Origin: the human T2T-CHM13v2.0 reference genome, Homo sapiens
Strand: one strand, 5' to 3'
Assembly (NCBI RefSeq): GCF_009914755.1
Contig: NC_060937.1
DNA length: 64,000 nt
Position 1 is the stretch's first letter. Every line of letters starts with the position of its first letter. Positions 42,141 through 56,337 of this stretch are shown here, piece after piece. Position numbers and translations under genes: made by a program. The notes beneath the pieces were generated by a model, which did no database searches, was not told where the DNA came from, and saw only the letters and a program-made list of their open reading frames with translations.

Positions 42141-42289
42141 TCATTGGAGGAAGAAAAAATACTACCATGTAAAAATGGACAAGGGACTGGATAAGCCATT
42201 TACAACAGAATACACTCAGTAATAAACATACAAAAAAAGTTTAAACTCATTAATAATCAAATACTAATTACAATAAGATGCTATTTTCT

Positions 42290-42476
42290 TTCTGTACTGC
42301 AAAGGAAACAATAGAATGAAGAGATAACCCATGGACTGGGAGAAAATATCTGCAAATCATATACTGGATAAGGGGCTAACATCCAACTTAAAGTACTCAA
42401 GAACAAGAAGACAAATAATCTTACTAAAAAATGGGCAAAGGACTTGAATAAACATTTCTCGAAAGACAACATACAA
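42290..42476 (+). mobile_element. L1 ORF2 fragment
   Basis: ctgggagaaaatatctgcaaatcatatactggataaggggctaacatcc...aaatgggcaaaggacttgaataaacatttctc. Confidence 0.8.
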
Positions 42477-42781
<305 letters not shown>

Positions 42782-45359
42782 TCATATAAAGAGCATTTTA
42801 TTAGTTTCAGAAGACAAGATCTTAATCTCATCTCTGACTATGGCTGTGTGGCCTCCCCAGAGGGTACTCACTTCCTGTGCTTCACCCTGTTCCATCAAAA
42901 GTCTGTCCCTTCTACTTGGGAGAGGTGCTATGAAGTACTAGAAAGAAGGGTGCCTGTTAATCTTTGGGCAGATGTTTCTGAAGGGCAGAGGTCATCTGAG
43001 GGAGGTCTAGAGATCAAGCAGAAGAGCCGGTCTTCCATTTTGGCTGGAGTCATTCCCTTCTGGGGTTCCTTAACCCTTTAGCCAGAACATGTCATCAACT
43101 CATTCAGGAAGTTCTGGCCTTTAAAATCCACATCTCCACGACTGTAAGAAGCTCTCAAAGCCCTCAATGCTCTATTACTTTTACAGCTCACAGAAAACAT
43201 TTATCTTTGACTCTTTGCCCCATGAAAGTAAGTAGGAAACATAAATATATTTATTAAGAAACACACTAGGCCAACTAACTCTAGCCCTCTGGTATGGGTC
43301 TAGAAATCATAGCCATTCCAATTCATCACAGCTTGTCCTACAGTGCACAGTACAAGATTAGCAAAACCAGCCCTTCTGGTTTTTAACTAACTGATTTCTA
43401 TTAAGCAAATGGTGCCAAACCGGATTTGTTATACTCATGGCTCCACTTTCAACCCCTGTGGTCTCTCACTTTAACTCCTTTCAGAAAGCTGGTATCATCA
43501 TTGACCCCATTAGTGCTGTCTTCTTTTTACCTTCACTGGGGACATCAAGTGTCTCACAACTATGTACTGCCAATGTCCTCAGTCAGTGAGTGTACAGGGT
43601 GAGGCACTTTGCTTTTTCTTTTCTTAAGTAGGAACACTTGGGTAAAGTGATACACCAAGTTACAAATCCTCTGGAAGCAATCCCTTCTAATGTTGTGAGT
43701 CTGGGAGAGAAGTAGGGAGTTGGGAAGAAAGGAACGTTCTGGCTTCCTTTGCTCCCACTGAGAGCAGTGGTGACCCAGAGCCTCCACTGGGCCTAATTCA
43801 GATGGTTTGGGAAGTGATGGTGTGTGTGTAGCTCCTGGGCACAAGGAAGGTACCCCAGCAATGGCCATGCAAGTTTTCCATGAGAAAACTTTCCAGGGCA
43901 AGGTACCATCCAATGAGAAGCAGAAACACAGACTGTCTCAAGGCTGAAAACACCTAAAACCATCTGATTTGGTGGTTTGCATGCAACCTCTTATAGCCAT
44001 AGGACCTTTTCTTCAAACAGCAGAGCCTAATATGTCAAACTCATACAAGCATAGTTGCTTTCTTGGAATTGCAGTGGGGAGAAGAATAAAGCCCCACAAA
44101 CTGTCTTCCCCATGGCTTCTGAATAGAGCTAGACACTATATTCTTTTCCTTGGTTAGGGATTACCTCACCTGGAAAACCTGGCAAAGGAAATGAAGAAAT
44201 TTTCTGCTACCTGGGGCAGGGTGGAGAGAGAAATATCCTGAAACTTTAATTCTACCCTGATAAAATTTGGCATCGTATTATAAATTTGGCAACATATTAT
44301 AAAGTGGAGATTGCAATTGTCAGAAATGTAGCAGAACTGTCAACAGCATACTAAACTATGTGACACTGAAATGTGAGTTACACTTCTAGTTGTCTAGTTC
44401 TGGTATAAGAAATACAAATTCTTTACCAACACTCAACCCACAGAATACAATGGACTCTTACATGTCCCGCCCTTACTCCCATACACAACTTTTAGCCTCA
44501 TGTACTTACGAATAAAACATATACTCAATAGGGCAGTAGGCATAAGCAGAATGCTAGGTTTGAAAAGGAAATCATATCTACTGTTTAAGGTCATATGTTG
44601 ACATTAGAATGAAGAATAAGTCATTATAAAGCATTTTTTCTCACCTGCGGTTCTAATTGCTACAGGTGTTTGCTGAGGGTTGAATAGAGAGCATGCAGTT
44701 CAGACACTTTATTGATATAGTACATGTTCCTCCTAAGTTTAGGACTAAATCCCAGCCAGTACAGGGACTCAGTAGACTCATCTACCAAAGTCCGGTGTGC
44801 ACATTAGAAAAAAACCTAAGAAAGATCATGTGCATTTAACACCTTTCCCTCTAGCCATTCAAAGGAGCTTCACATTGCAGCCCTTTTTCACCTTTGTTAG
44901 GCACACCAAGTGGCCTGGAAGATGCTGAGAACAAAGAGGCTTTCTTCCTTGGGTTACCGGTTGAAATACATCATCGATTCAGCCCGGCTCAATCAATGGT
45001 GACAGCAGCTCGCAGACCCAACTCACGTGGGGGAGAGTCAAGGCCTCCTTACAACACTGTACCAGGACTCCTTCAGGCACGAGCTCTCCCACAGCTCCTG
45101 TGCCGCCCAGAGGAGTATAAAGACCTGTGACAGAATGTGGGACACTGCCTAGAGCATAGCATTTGTGCCACAGTCTGAGAACTGCAAACTAGAGTTGCCA
45201 ACATTTGGAGACATTAGGAAAGTTAAATGTGAAATTTTGTGGATAAATTTTGTGGATAAATGCCCAGGATGTATAGCCCTCCAACATTTCAATTAACGTC
45301 AACTATCATCACATAAAGCAGGGGTGTGGAGACCGGAAAACTGGGCTGTTTTATTTTAA

Positions 45360-45570
45360 TTTTCTAACAACATCTACTGCGCACTGACTCTGTGGCTGGC
45401 ACAGAACTAAGCCTCTGACACAGATTATCTCTTTAACTCCTCACAAGACCCTTTGGTAAGTACCATTTTAACCCAGTTTTACAAATGAGGAAACCCTGGG
45501 GCTTAGGTTAAGTAGCTGGTCCAAGGGCACAGGGCTGACAAGTGGCAGCCAAATGTGAACCCAGCTGGGT
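45360..45570 (-). mobile_element. MIR
   Basis: tttaactcctcacaagaccctttggtaagtaccattttaacccagttttacaaatgaggaaac. Confidence 0.8.
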
Positions 45571-48500
45571 AGAGCTGTGCTATGCTTCCTGTGCTTGAAA
45601 TTTAATGCAGATGCCAGCATCCTCAATTAATATAACAATTGTGAAGCTAAAATAAAATCAACATTTAAAACAGTGCCTTCCCCATACTAATGTACATTGC
45701 TCATGCTAAGCGCTTAATATTAAGGAAACAAATATTATTTAACTTTTTTTGGTGAAGGACACAATCATACAATATATACAAATATCTAATATTAGCTGGT
45801 TGCAGACAGTCTAAAATGATCACTGCAGCTAAAAAAAAAACCTCAAAATGTTTCTGAGAATCAAAGGAGTGTGAATAAACAACACTATTCTACCAAAGCA
45901 ATAAAATAAAAAATTGTTTTAAAAAAAACCCTCAAGTAGTTATAATGCAGATAAGTGTAGTCTTTGGAAATGATTTAAAATTTCATTTCAATGTCTAAAT
46001 TATAAAGCCTCAAATTAATCATTATAAGTTGTTTTAATAAAGTTTAAAGTTTAGCACCTAGTGAAGTAACTTATGCATAGTAGGTTTCCAATAAATGATT
46101 CTGGAATGAATGACTAAATTCATGAAGGCACTTTTGAAAACAGACAGACATTGTCCTTTCCTTGTGTTTGATTTTTTTTTTAATTCCATGATAAAGGTTG
46201 CATGACATTTCCTTATTAGTAATTTTTTTAAAGGAATCCCAGGATCTCCAGTTCAAACAAAGGAAATAACTATCACCTTGAAAGACAAAAAGAAATAATT
46301 GGCTGAAAATAATTAAAAACAAATGAAGTGTTTGTCTTTACAGTGAGATATGGGGATAAAAAGAGTAGCAGCTTCTTCAAAATATCTTTATTAACATTTG
46401 AGAAAATATAAAACTATTCTCTAGGCAACAGCATGAAAACACATGAAATAAGTGGGTACATTTAAGCCACTGTGACTGAAGAAGACATTTCCCCGTACAT
46501 ATAATTAATATAAACAGGTAAATTCAGACCAATAAAACACTTCTTTCTCAAAAGCATTTTAGTGCCCTGTGTTACTCTGGAGACTCAGTAGTTGAACAAA
46601 TATGTGCTCAAAAATAACTATTCATTCTTTAACAGTACTTAAAAAAATTAATATGAACATAAAAACACAAATTACTCCATTATTTCCATAAGGTAAAATA
46701 TTAGGTTAAAACTACAATGGCCAAACTGTTTAGCAAACCTCTGTCCTATTTTAAAGGGAAATAAATAAATAAGAGATAGGTCTATGGAAAATAATGAAGT
46801 TGTCTAGCAACACTTTTCACATCACTTCCACCATTTCAACAGAACCAACAGCAAATCTAAGGTTCCCCAAGCGTTTCCCACTTATTAGGGAAATCGATAG
46901 CATTACCTGCGGGGTGCCTGCGGTTGCTTCTGCATAAGGCTTTTATCTCATTTTAGCAACATTTAAAAAATGCAGGATGTCTATAACCTTGGCACTCATC
47001 ATTACGCTGGCATCTTTAGTACAATTTGCTAATAGAGTGAAAGCACTGTGGTTCAGTTTGGGAAGCTTCTTCATAAGGTTCTGCCAAACTGCAAAGGGGA
47101 CGGAACAAATAAATAGGCTGACCGTACATACATCAGAAAAAGCAGACCCTTAAAATCCAAAAGGGAGTTATTCATTATTTCAAAAACACGTTATTTTACA
47201 AAAGAAGAAAGAAAATTGAGGGGATAATATTTTCAAAAATATAAGAACTATAAAATAATCTAAATTGAATTTTGTTTGTCCTGTCTAAACTCATCCTATA
47301 CTGATATATCATTTCCATAGACAAAGCGAGTCAGATGTGTTAGAATAACATATATACATATAAAATATACCAAGCCATGGATTTAATTTTCATAATAACT
47401 ATCTCATTTGCCTAAATGTTTGGTACTAAGTGGTAGAAATAGAAGACAAAATGTTCACACCTGAGATTACATATTAAACCGCCCTAGGTTTTAGTCTCAT
47501 ACTTGCTAGAAGAAATCTGCAAGGAATGATACCTGGATGCCTGCGGATTCCAAGTGTGACAAAGCATTTTTTGAAAAAGCATTCAGAAGCCTTGCTTTCG
47601 ACTACACAAAGCTAAGCATAAATTTTAAAGGCCAAACGTCAGTCAGTAAAACTGAATTCCTGTAGTTCTCATGGTTCCAACGATCTTGAAGAGCATAGGT
47701 ACCTGACTCAATTTACACTGTCATTTTTTATGCTTAAAAATATAAACCTTTTTTCACATTTACAAAATATGCACGATATATATTACTTGAGACTAATCTT
47801 AGCCACAGAGCTGCCTTTTATTTTCAGCTTTGTATTTCTGAGAAACTAATGAATCTATGGTGTAGATAACAGCAAAAGTGGAAATAAATTCATAGTCTGG
47901 GGCAGCAGTATAATTGGGACACAGTAAACTTACAAGGAAAAGAAACAGTACACTACTACTGTAAAGGAAAACAAGTTGCATAATATTTTCCAGAGTCTGA
48001 TTACTTTTTTGTTAAAACTTTTCTACTTTTTTCATTGATTGTTTTAAAACATGTTTGCTACTAAGGAGAAAAAGGAAGACATGGTTATGGTGTGAATCTT
48101 GAAAGATCCCCAAAGCTAGAAAGATTTATACAGAAGTCTCTCATTTTCCAACTTCTGTTATAAAGTTCCTGCGCTAGTACTTAGAAAAAACCAAACCTGG
48201 AAGGAAGCTCTACCTAGTTTACTTTCTGAGTTCGGATTTCCGCATCTATCAGATGAGCTCTTTCTAGTGCTCTTTCCCCCTCAAATCTCCAGAGAAACAC
48301 GCACATTTTTGCAAACACACACGATGTATCTATGACTGCACACACAGGTTCATCAACACCATGACAGAGGCGACACGTCACAATATGATAACCAGAACAG
48401 AGGACGATGACAGTGAGAAATGGGTTTCTTTTATGGCCCGCTTGGATCCCTAATGCCCTTATTTCTACACAATCCAGCCTCAGCCAGGAACTTTAAAGGA

Positions 48501-48729
48501 TCAGAAAGAGAAAACAGGTTGCATGAAAGGAAGAGAAAGAAAACCGAATGCCCGCTTTTCGAGAGCACTGCAAAATTAGCCCCGGGACCCGGCTGCACAA
48601 AAGTGCAGCCTTAAAGAATGCCAGCCCATATTCTAGACACCCAAGTAAAGCATCCTGTAATCGAGAGAAAATAATAAATAATAGTGGTCATTGCCATTAA
48701 GCATAAAAATAGTAATAACAATTGTCACC

Positions 48730-49140
48730 ACGGCGTTCCGTACAGCAGCTGCGCGTGGAGCCGGCTTCTCCTCCGGCCCCCACGGCCCGCAGCTTCCCCT
48801 GCAGCCCCACAGTGCGTCGGAGGAAGGCGAGGGCTCCGCGCGCGCTGCACCGTGGGCTGGGCCTGCCCCTCCCGGCGCCCGCCTCGCCTCGCCTGTCCCG
48901 CGCCCGCCTCGCCTGTCCCGCCCCCGCGCCTGCGCGTCAAGTGGCTGGGCTGGCTTAGCGGACCCCGGTTGCTAGGGTGTGTCTCCTTGGCCTCCTAGAG
49001 GGTGGGGATCCGTGGTGCTTCTTCGGGAACAGCCTCCTGCAGGAAGACCCTCGCTGGACCTTTACCTCGCTGCCTAGATTCCGAGGAAAAGGAGATAGGA
49101 GACGAAAAGCCAGTTGGTTTGGAAAGCGGCCGATTATCCT
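48730..49140. promoter_or_regulatory. CpG island / likely promoter
   Basis: The only CpG-dense non-repeat stretch in the window. Contains an EGR/GC box cgcccccgc (48919-48927), NRF1-like gcgcctgcgc (48926-48935), an RFX half-site gttgctagg (48968-48976) and several GC boxes. Confidence 0.85.
48876..48920. repeat. Short GC-rich tandem duplication in the promoter: cgcccgcctcgcct(cgcct)gtcccg x2
   Basis: Direct reading. Confidence 0.85.
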
Positions 49141-50289
49141 AAAGGGTAGTGTGGGAGTCCAGCACTTCCATGCCCCTCTTTGGGTACTACGGAAGGGAGA
49201 TTTCCAGCATCGTGTGGAACATATGACCAGGGAGTACACCTTGAGCGCTTGTGTGCAGTTATCTTTTGGCGGTAAACGGCCCATTTGTGCAGTTTCAGGG
49301 TGTTCCCTTCTAGGCTATCAATGGAATAATGCCGTGCCAGGCACTTTTGATGTTGCCCTGCAAACTAAAAGCACATTTTGGGGGTGCATCTTCTCGCATT
49401 ATTTCTAAACAGTATGAGTTGGGATCCAGCAGCCCTGGGAAATCTCATTATAGTGAAACCCATCTTATTTTAGGATTGAATTGTTTTGGCCCAAGCATAG
49501 TGGTTGAAAAACAAGCCATTATAGAAAGAAAACAATTTGTTTGTGAATGGTTAGATATGGTGGGTCTTCAGAGGCTTATCTAATGAAGGCATCTTCTACA
49601 CATTTCTGACCAAATTCTCTTTCTACATTTATAGCGATAACATTTTGGAGAGAGAGAAAAAAAATGTCATTTCGACTATTCTGAAAAATCAGTATTTACT
49701 AGTTGAAATAGCATTGGCAAATTGAACTTTGTACTAACATGGAAAATTGTAGAATGATCCTGGGTAGTAATAATACACATATTTTTAAAATTCTATGTTT
49801 ACTTATAACCCTACATTTTAACTGGATTCTTTCTATTAATAGAAGTTTTAAAGAATTATTTTCTTACCCTCTTTTTTTTTCATAAAGGAATTCTGCCTGG
49901 ATTCAGTAGAGTATTGGTACAGAATGATTTTCTTTAAGATGTAATCTAAATTCTTATTATTTTTCAACAATTCAAACATATTCAAAACCTTTTCAATTCT
50001 CATTTAAACCAAGGATTATGAAAAACAGCACTTATTATTCATTAAAATGCAAAAGCCCCCACTGCTTCTTCGAAGACCCTTACCTCCAAAATTCACTAAG
50101 CTGTCTTTACATGAGAAAAAAACCCATACAGGTATGTGTATTAATCAGATATGTGTATTAACATTTATGTATCTTTCATAGAAATTCCTTGACTTGCACA
50201 GCTCAGAATCACAATAAATACACTCACTAATAACTTACAAATGTTTGTTGTCAGGTGATAACATCCAATTCAATTCCACAGATGCATTT

Positions 50290-50915
50290 ACTGATACTTA
50301 TTGGTGGACTTAGTAGATTCAAGTTTATCTCATCGATAAAATTTACTTGTAACCCCAGAATTGGTACTCAAAGGGCTTTCTCAGTCATGCGTGGATATGT
50401 GCAGAGCACTGAAAATGAGTCACCCAACACACATGCCTCCAGCTGAGGTGGAACAAGGCTACCTCTACCTTCTTGTTTCAGCTCTCATATTGTAAACGGG
50501 TACTGTTTTCCCTGTCTGTTTAGCTCTATGTTTCTTGAATGTTTGTGCTTTTAGTTAGTGATTTCACTGTGGGCCCCAAGCATAGTGTTGAAGTACTGTC
50601 TAGTGTTCCTGAGCACAAGAAGGCTGTGATGGGCCTTACAGAGAACAAGATATGTGTTAGATAAGTTTCCTTCAGGTGTGAGTAGTGTTGTTGGCCCTAA
50701 GTTCAATGTTAACAAATCAACTGTTTATATTTATTAAAGTGTCTTTAAATAGAAACAAATATAAAACAAAATTAGTGTTGATCAGTTGATGAAAATGTTG
50801 AAACCAGAGGTTTGCAGGAACCTAGCCCCATATTTCTTCCAGGAGAAATGGTTCAGTAATGAGTAATTCATTGTTTGTAGAACAGAACTACTGCAAATAA
50901 CAAGGACCGAATATA
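50290..50915 (-). mobile_element. MER82-like TcMar-Tigger DNA transposon
   Basis: ccagctgaggtggaacaaggc...ccccaagcatagtgttgaagtactgtctagtgttcctgagcacaagaaggctgtga...gttgatgaaaatgttg...caggaacct. Confidence 0.8.
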
Positions 50916-51510
50916 TTTAGTGAGCAAAAACAGACCTTACCTGTTCCCTTCATTAGTTACCCACTGGGATACTGATTGTAATCAATCAATCATATAAGTA
51001 AATGCAAAATTACCCTGTGATAAGTGCTATGAAGTAAAGATGAGCCACTTTTATAACTATAACTTTATCTAATGCTTAATCCTCTATTTCTGTTGTATGG
51101 TTTCTATTCCCTCCTTATTATAAGCAATACAATTAGCATATTTTCTCATTTTCCCCTTCTCAGTTTCCTCTTCCATCTGATTTTAGTTGATTGCAGTTTT
51201 AGTGTCAACATTTATACTGTTCAAATATACCTAGTCTATAACTTGATTTATAATGTTAAATTATCATCTTTTGACCTATGGCTATTAACAGTAGGTAACT
51301 CAACTTACCTGTAATACTGCCACAATTTCCTCTCCTACTTTCTCTCCCAACTTTTGTTACATGATTTTTACATCATCATTTCTACATTTCTATAATGTTC
51401 TGCATTTACAATCTGTTCTGTAATAATACAGTATGCAGATTTACAGCTCAAGGTTACCAGTTATCTTGTAGTTTCTCCATTCATCTTTTGTTTAAAGTTT
51501 ATCTTCTAGT

Positions 51511-51580
51511 ACAGAATTTCACAACCTTGGCACTATTGACATTTTAGGTTGGATGGTTCCTTTTTTTTGGTGGGGAAAGC
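51511..51580. mobile_element. MER20-like hAT fragment
   Basis: cagaatttcacaaccttggcactattgacattttaggttggat resembles the MER20 terminus. Confidence 0.6.
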
Positions 51581-52627
51581 AGAGCTCTCTTGCTCCAAAG
51601 GCTCTTGACAGAGGGCTTTGCACATAGTAGGTGATCAAAATTTGTTTTTTTATTTCTTCTAAAAAAAAAAAAAGCAGGATACATGCACAGAACGTGCAGG
51701 TTTGTTACATAGGTATACATATGCCATGGTGATTTGCTGCACCTATTGACCCATCCTCTAAGTTTTCTCCCCTCACCCTCCACCCACTAACAGGCCCTGG
51801 TGTGTGTTGTTCCCCAATCTGTGTTCATGTGTTCTCAGTATTCAACTCCCACTTACAAGTGAGAACACACAGTGTTTGGTTTTCTTTTCCTGTGTTAGTT
51901 TGCTGAGGATGATGTCTTTCAGCTTCATCCATGTCCCTGCAAAGGACATAATCTCATTCCTTTTTATGGCTGCATAGTATTCCATGATGTGTATGTACCA
52001 CATTTTCTTTATCCAGTCTATCACTGACAGGCATTTGGGTTGGTTCCATGTATTTGCTATTGTGAACAGTGCTGCAATAAACATACGTGTGCATGTGTCT
52101 TTATAGTAGAATGATTTATGTTCCTTTGGGAATATACCCAGTAATGGGATTGCTGGATCAAATGGTATTTCTGGTTCTAGATCCTTCAGGAATCCTTATA
52201 CTGTCTTCCACAATGGTTGAACTAATTTACATTCCCACCAACAGTGTAAAAGTGTTCCTATTTCTCCACAGCCTTGCCAGCATCTATTGTTTCCTGACTT
52301 TTTAATAATTGCCATTCTGACTGGCGTGAGATGGTATGTCATTGTGGTTTTGATTTGCATTTCTCAGATGATTAGTGATGTTAAGCTTTTTTTCATATGT
52401 TTGTTGGCTATGTAAATGTCTTCTTTTAAGAAGTGTCTGTTCATATCCTTCACCCACTTTTTGATGGGGTGGTTTGTTTTTTTTTATTGTAAATATGTTT
52501 AAGTTCCTTGTAAATTGTGGATATTAAACCTTTTTCAGATGGGTAGATTGCAGAAGTTTTCTCCCATTCTGTAGGCTGCCTGTTCACTCTGATGACAGTT
52601 TCTTTTGCTGTGCAAAAGCTCTTTAGT

Positions 52628-53344
52628 TTAACTAGATCCCATTTTGTCAGTTTTGGCTTTGGTTGCCACTGCTTTTGGCGTTTTTGTCATGAAGTCTTTG
52701 CCCATGCCTGTGTTGTGAATGGTATTGCCTAGGTTTTCTTCTAGGGTTTTTATGGTTTTAGGTCTTACATTTAAGTCTTTAATCCATCTTGAGTTAATTT
52801 TTGTATAAGGTGTAAGGAAGGGGTCCAGTTTCAGTTTTCTGTGTATGGCTAGCCAGTTTTCCGAGCACCATTTACTGAACAGGAGATCCTTTCCCCATTG
52901 CTTGTTTTTGTCAGGTTTGTCGAAGATCAGATGGTTGTAGATGTGTGGCATTATTTCTGAGGTCTCTGTTCTGCTCCATTGGTCTCTATGTCTGTTTTGG
53001 TAACAGTAACATGCTGTTTTGGTTACTGTAGCCTTGTAGTATAGTTTGAAGTCAGGTAGCGTGATGCCTCCAGCTTCGTTCTTTTTGCTTAGGATTGTCT
53101 TGGCTATGTGGGCTCTTTTTTGGTTCCATATGAAATTTAAAGTAGTTTTTTCTAATTCTTGGAAGAAAGTCAGTGGTAGCTTGATGAGGATAGCATTGAA
53201 TGTATAAATTACTTTGGGCAGTATGGCCATTTTCACGATATTGATTCTTCCTATCCATGAGCATGGAATGTTTTTCCATTTGTTTGTGTCCTCTCTTATT
53301 TCCTTGAGCAGTGGTTTGTAGTTCTCCTTGAAGAGGTCCTTCAC
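52628..53344 (-). pseudogene. L1 ORF2p remnant (post-RT region)
   Basis: [39 protein letters not shown]...[14 protein letters not shown]. Confidence 0.93.
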
Positions 53345-53467
53345 CTCCCTTGTAAGTTGTATTGCTAGGTATTTTATTCTCTTTGCAGCAGTTGTGAATG
53401 GGAGTTCACTTATGATGTGGCTCTCTGTTTGTCTGTTATTGGTGTATACGAATGCCTGTGATTTTTA

Positions 53468-53602
<135 letters not shown>

Positions 53603-53919
53603 TTATTGCTTTCCCTTGCCTGATTGTGCTGGCCAGAACTTCCAATACCAGGTTAAATAGGAGTGGTGAGAGAGGGCATCCTTGTCTTGTGCCAGTTTTC
53701 AAAGGGAATGCTTCCAGCTTTTGCCCATTCAGTATGATATTGGTTGTGGGTTTGCCATAAATAGCTCTTATTATTTTGAGATATGTTCCATCAATACCTG
53801 TTTATTGAGAGTTTTTAGCATGAAGTGGTGTTGAATTTTATCAAAGGCCTTTTCTGCATCTATTGAGATAATTATGTGGTTTTTGTCATTGGTTCTGTTT
53901 ATGTGATGGATTATGTTTA

Positions 53920-54114
<195 letters not shown>

Positions 54115-54296
54115 TCAAGATGAAGCTAGCCTTATAAAATGAGTTAGGGAGGAGTCCCTCTTTTTCTGTTGTTTGGAATAGTTTCAGAAGGAATCATACC
54201 AGCTCCTCTTTGTACATCTGGTAGAATTCGGCTGTGAATCTGTCTGGTCCTGGGCTTTCTTTGGTTGGTAGGCTATTAATTACTGCCTCAATTTCA

Positions 54297-54548
<252 letters not shown>

Positions 54549-54601
54549 TTACTCTTTTCAAAAAACCAGCTCCTGGATTCATTGATTTTTTGAAGGGTTT
54601 T

Positions 54602-55339
54602 TCATGTCTTTAACTCCTTCAGTTCTGCTCTGATCTTAGTTATTTCTTGTCTTCTGCTAGCTTTTGAATTTGTTTGCTCTTGCTTCTCTAGTTCTTTTAA
54701 TTGTGATGTTAGGGTGTCAATTTTACATCTTTCCTGCTTTCTCCTGTGGGCATTTAGTGCTATAAATTTCCCTCTACACACTGCTTTAAATGTGTCCAAG
54801 TGATTCAGGTACATTGTGTCTTCGTTCTCATTGGTTTCAAAGGACTTATTTATTTCTGCCTGAATTTCGTTATTTACCCAGTAGTCATTCAGTGGCAGGT
54901 TGTTCAGTTTCCATGTAGTTGTGCAGTTTTGAGTGAGTTTCTTAATCCTGAGTTCTAATTTGATTGCACTGAAGAGACTATTTGTTGTGATTTCCGTTAT
55001 TTTGCATTTTCTGAGGAGTGTTTTACTTCCAATTATGTGGTCAATTTTCGAATAAGTGCGACGTGGTGCTGAGAAGAATGTATATTCTGTTGATTTGGGG
55101 TGGAGAGTTCTGTAGATGTCTATTAGGTCTTCTTGGTCCAAAGCTGAGTTCAACTCCTGAATATCCTTGTTAATTTTCTGTCTTGTTGATCTGTCTAATG
55201 TTGACAGTGGGGTGTTAAAGTCTCCCATTATTATTGTGTGGGAGTCTAAGTCTCTTTGAAGGTTTCTAAGAACTTGCTTTATGAATCCAGGTGCTCCTGT
55301 ATTGGGTATATTTAGGATGGTTAGCTCTTCTTGTTGCAT
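54602..55339 (-). pseudogene. L1 ORF2p remnant (APE endonuclease C-terminal part and linker)
   Basis: [11 protein letters not shown]...[20 protein letters not shown]...YSKIDHIIG. Confidence 0.93.
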
Positions 55340-55986
55340 TGGTCCCTTTACCCATTATGTAATGCCCTCCTTTGTCTCTTTTGACCTTTGTTGGTTTAAA
55401 GTCTGCTTTATCAGAGACTGGGATTGCAACCCCTGCTTTTTTTTGTTTTGCTTTCCATTTGCTTGGTAAATATTCCTCCATCCCTTTATTTTGAGCCTAT
55501 GTGTGTCTTTGCACGTGAGATGGGTCTCCTGAATACAGCACATTGATGGGTTTTAACTCTTTATCCAGTTTCCCAGTCTGTCTGTTTTAATAGGGGCATT
55601 TAGCCTATTTACATTTAAGGTTAATATCGTTATATGTGAATTTGATCCTGTTATTATGATGCTAGCTGGTTATTTTGCCCTTTAGTTGATGCAGTTTCTT
55701 CATAGTGTTGATGGTCTTTACAATTTGGTATGTTTTTGCAGTGGCTGGTACCAGTTTTTACCTTCCATATTTAATGCTTCCTTCAGGAGCTCTTGTAAGG
55801 CAGGCCTGGTGGTGACAAAATCCCTCAGTATTTGCTTGTCTGTAATGGATTTTATTTCTCCTTTGCTTATGAAGCTTAGTTGGGCTGGATATGAAATTCT
55901 GGTTTGAAAATTCTTTTCTTTAAGAATGCTGAATATTGGCCCCCACTCTCTTCTGGTTTGTAGCGTTTCTGCAGAGAGATCCGCTG

Positions 55987-56337
55987 TTAGTCTGATGGAC
56001 TTCCCTTTGAGGGTAACCCGACCTTTCTCTCTGGCTGCCTTAACATTTTTTCCTTCATTTCAACCTTGGTGAATCTGACCATTATGTGTCTTGGGGTTGC
56101 TCTTCTCGAGGAGTATCTTTGTTGTGTTCCCTGTATTTCCTGAATTTGAATGTTGGTCTGTCTTGCTAGGTTGGGGAAGTTCTCCTGGATAATATCCTGC
56201 AGAGTGTTTTCCAGCTTGGTTCCATTCTCCTTGTCAGTTTCAGGTACACCAATCAAATGTAGGTTTGGTCTTTTCACATAATGCCATATTTCTTGGAGGC
56301 TTTGTTCGTTCCTTTTCATTCTTTTTTCTCTAATCAT
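55987..56337 (-). pseudogene. L1 ORF1p remnant (RRM region)
   Basis: RNEQSLQEIWHYVKRPNLHLIGVPE...LQDIIQENFPNLAR...RRATPRHIMVRFTK. Confidence 0.92.

Noticed and set aside
48684-49408. Several overlapping 70-143 aa ORFs on both strands
   Set aside because: Expected from stop-codon scarcity in a CpG island; Pro/Arg/Ala-rich and no recognisable domain.
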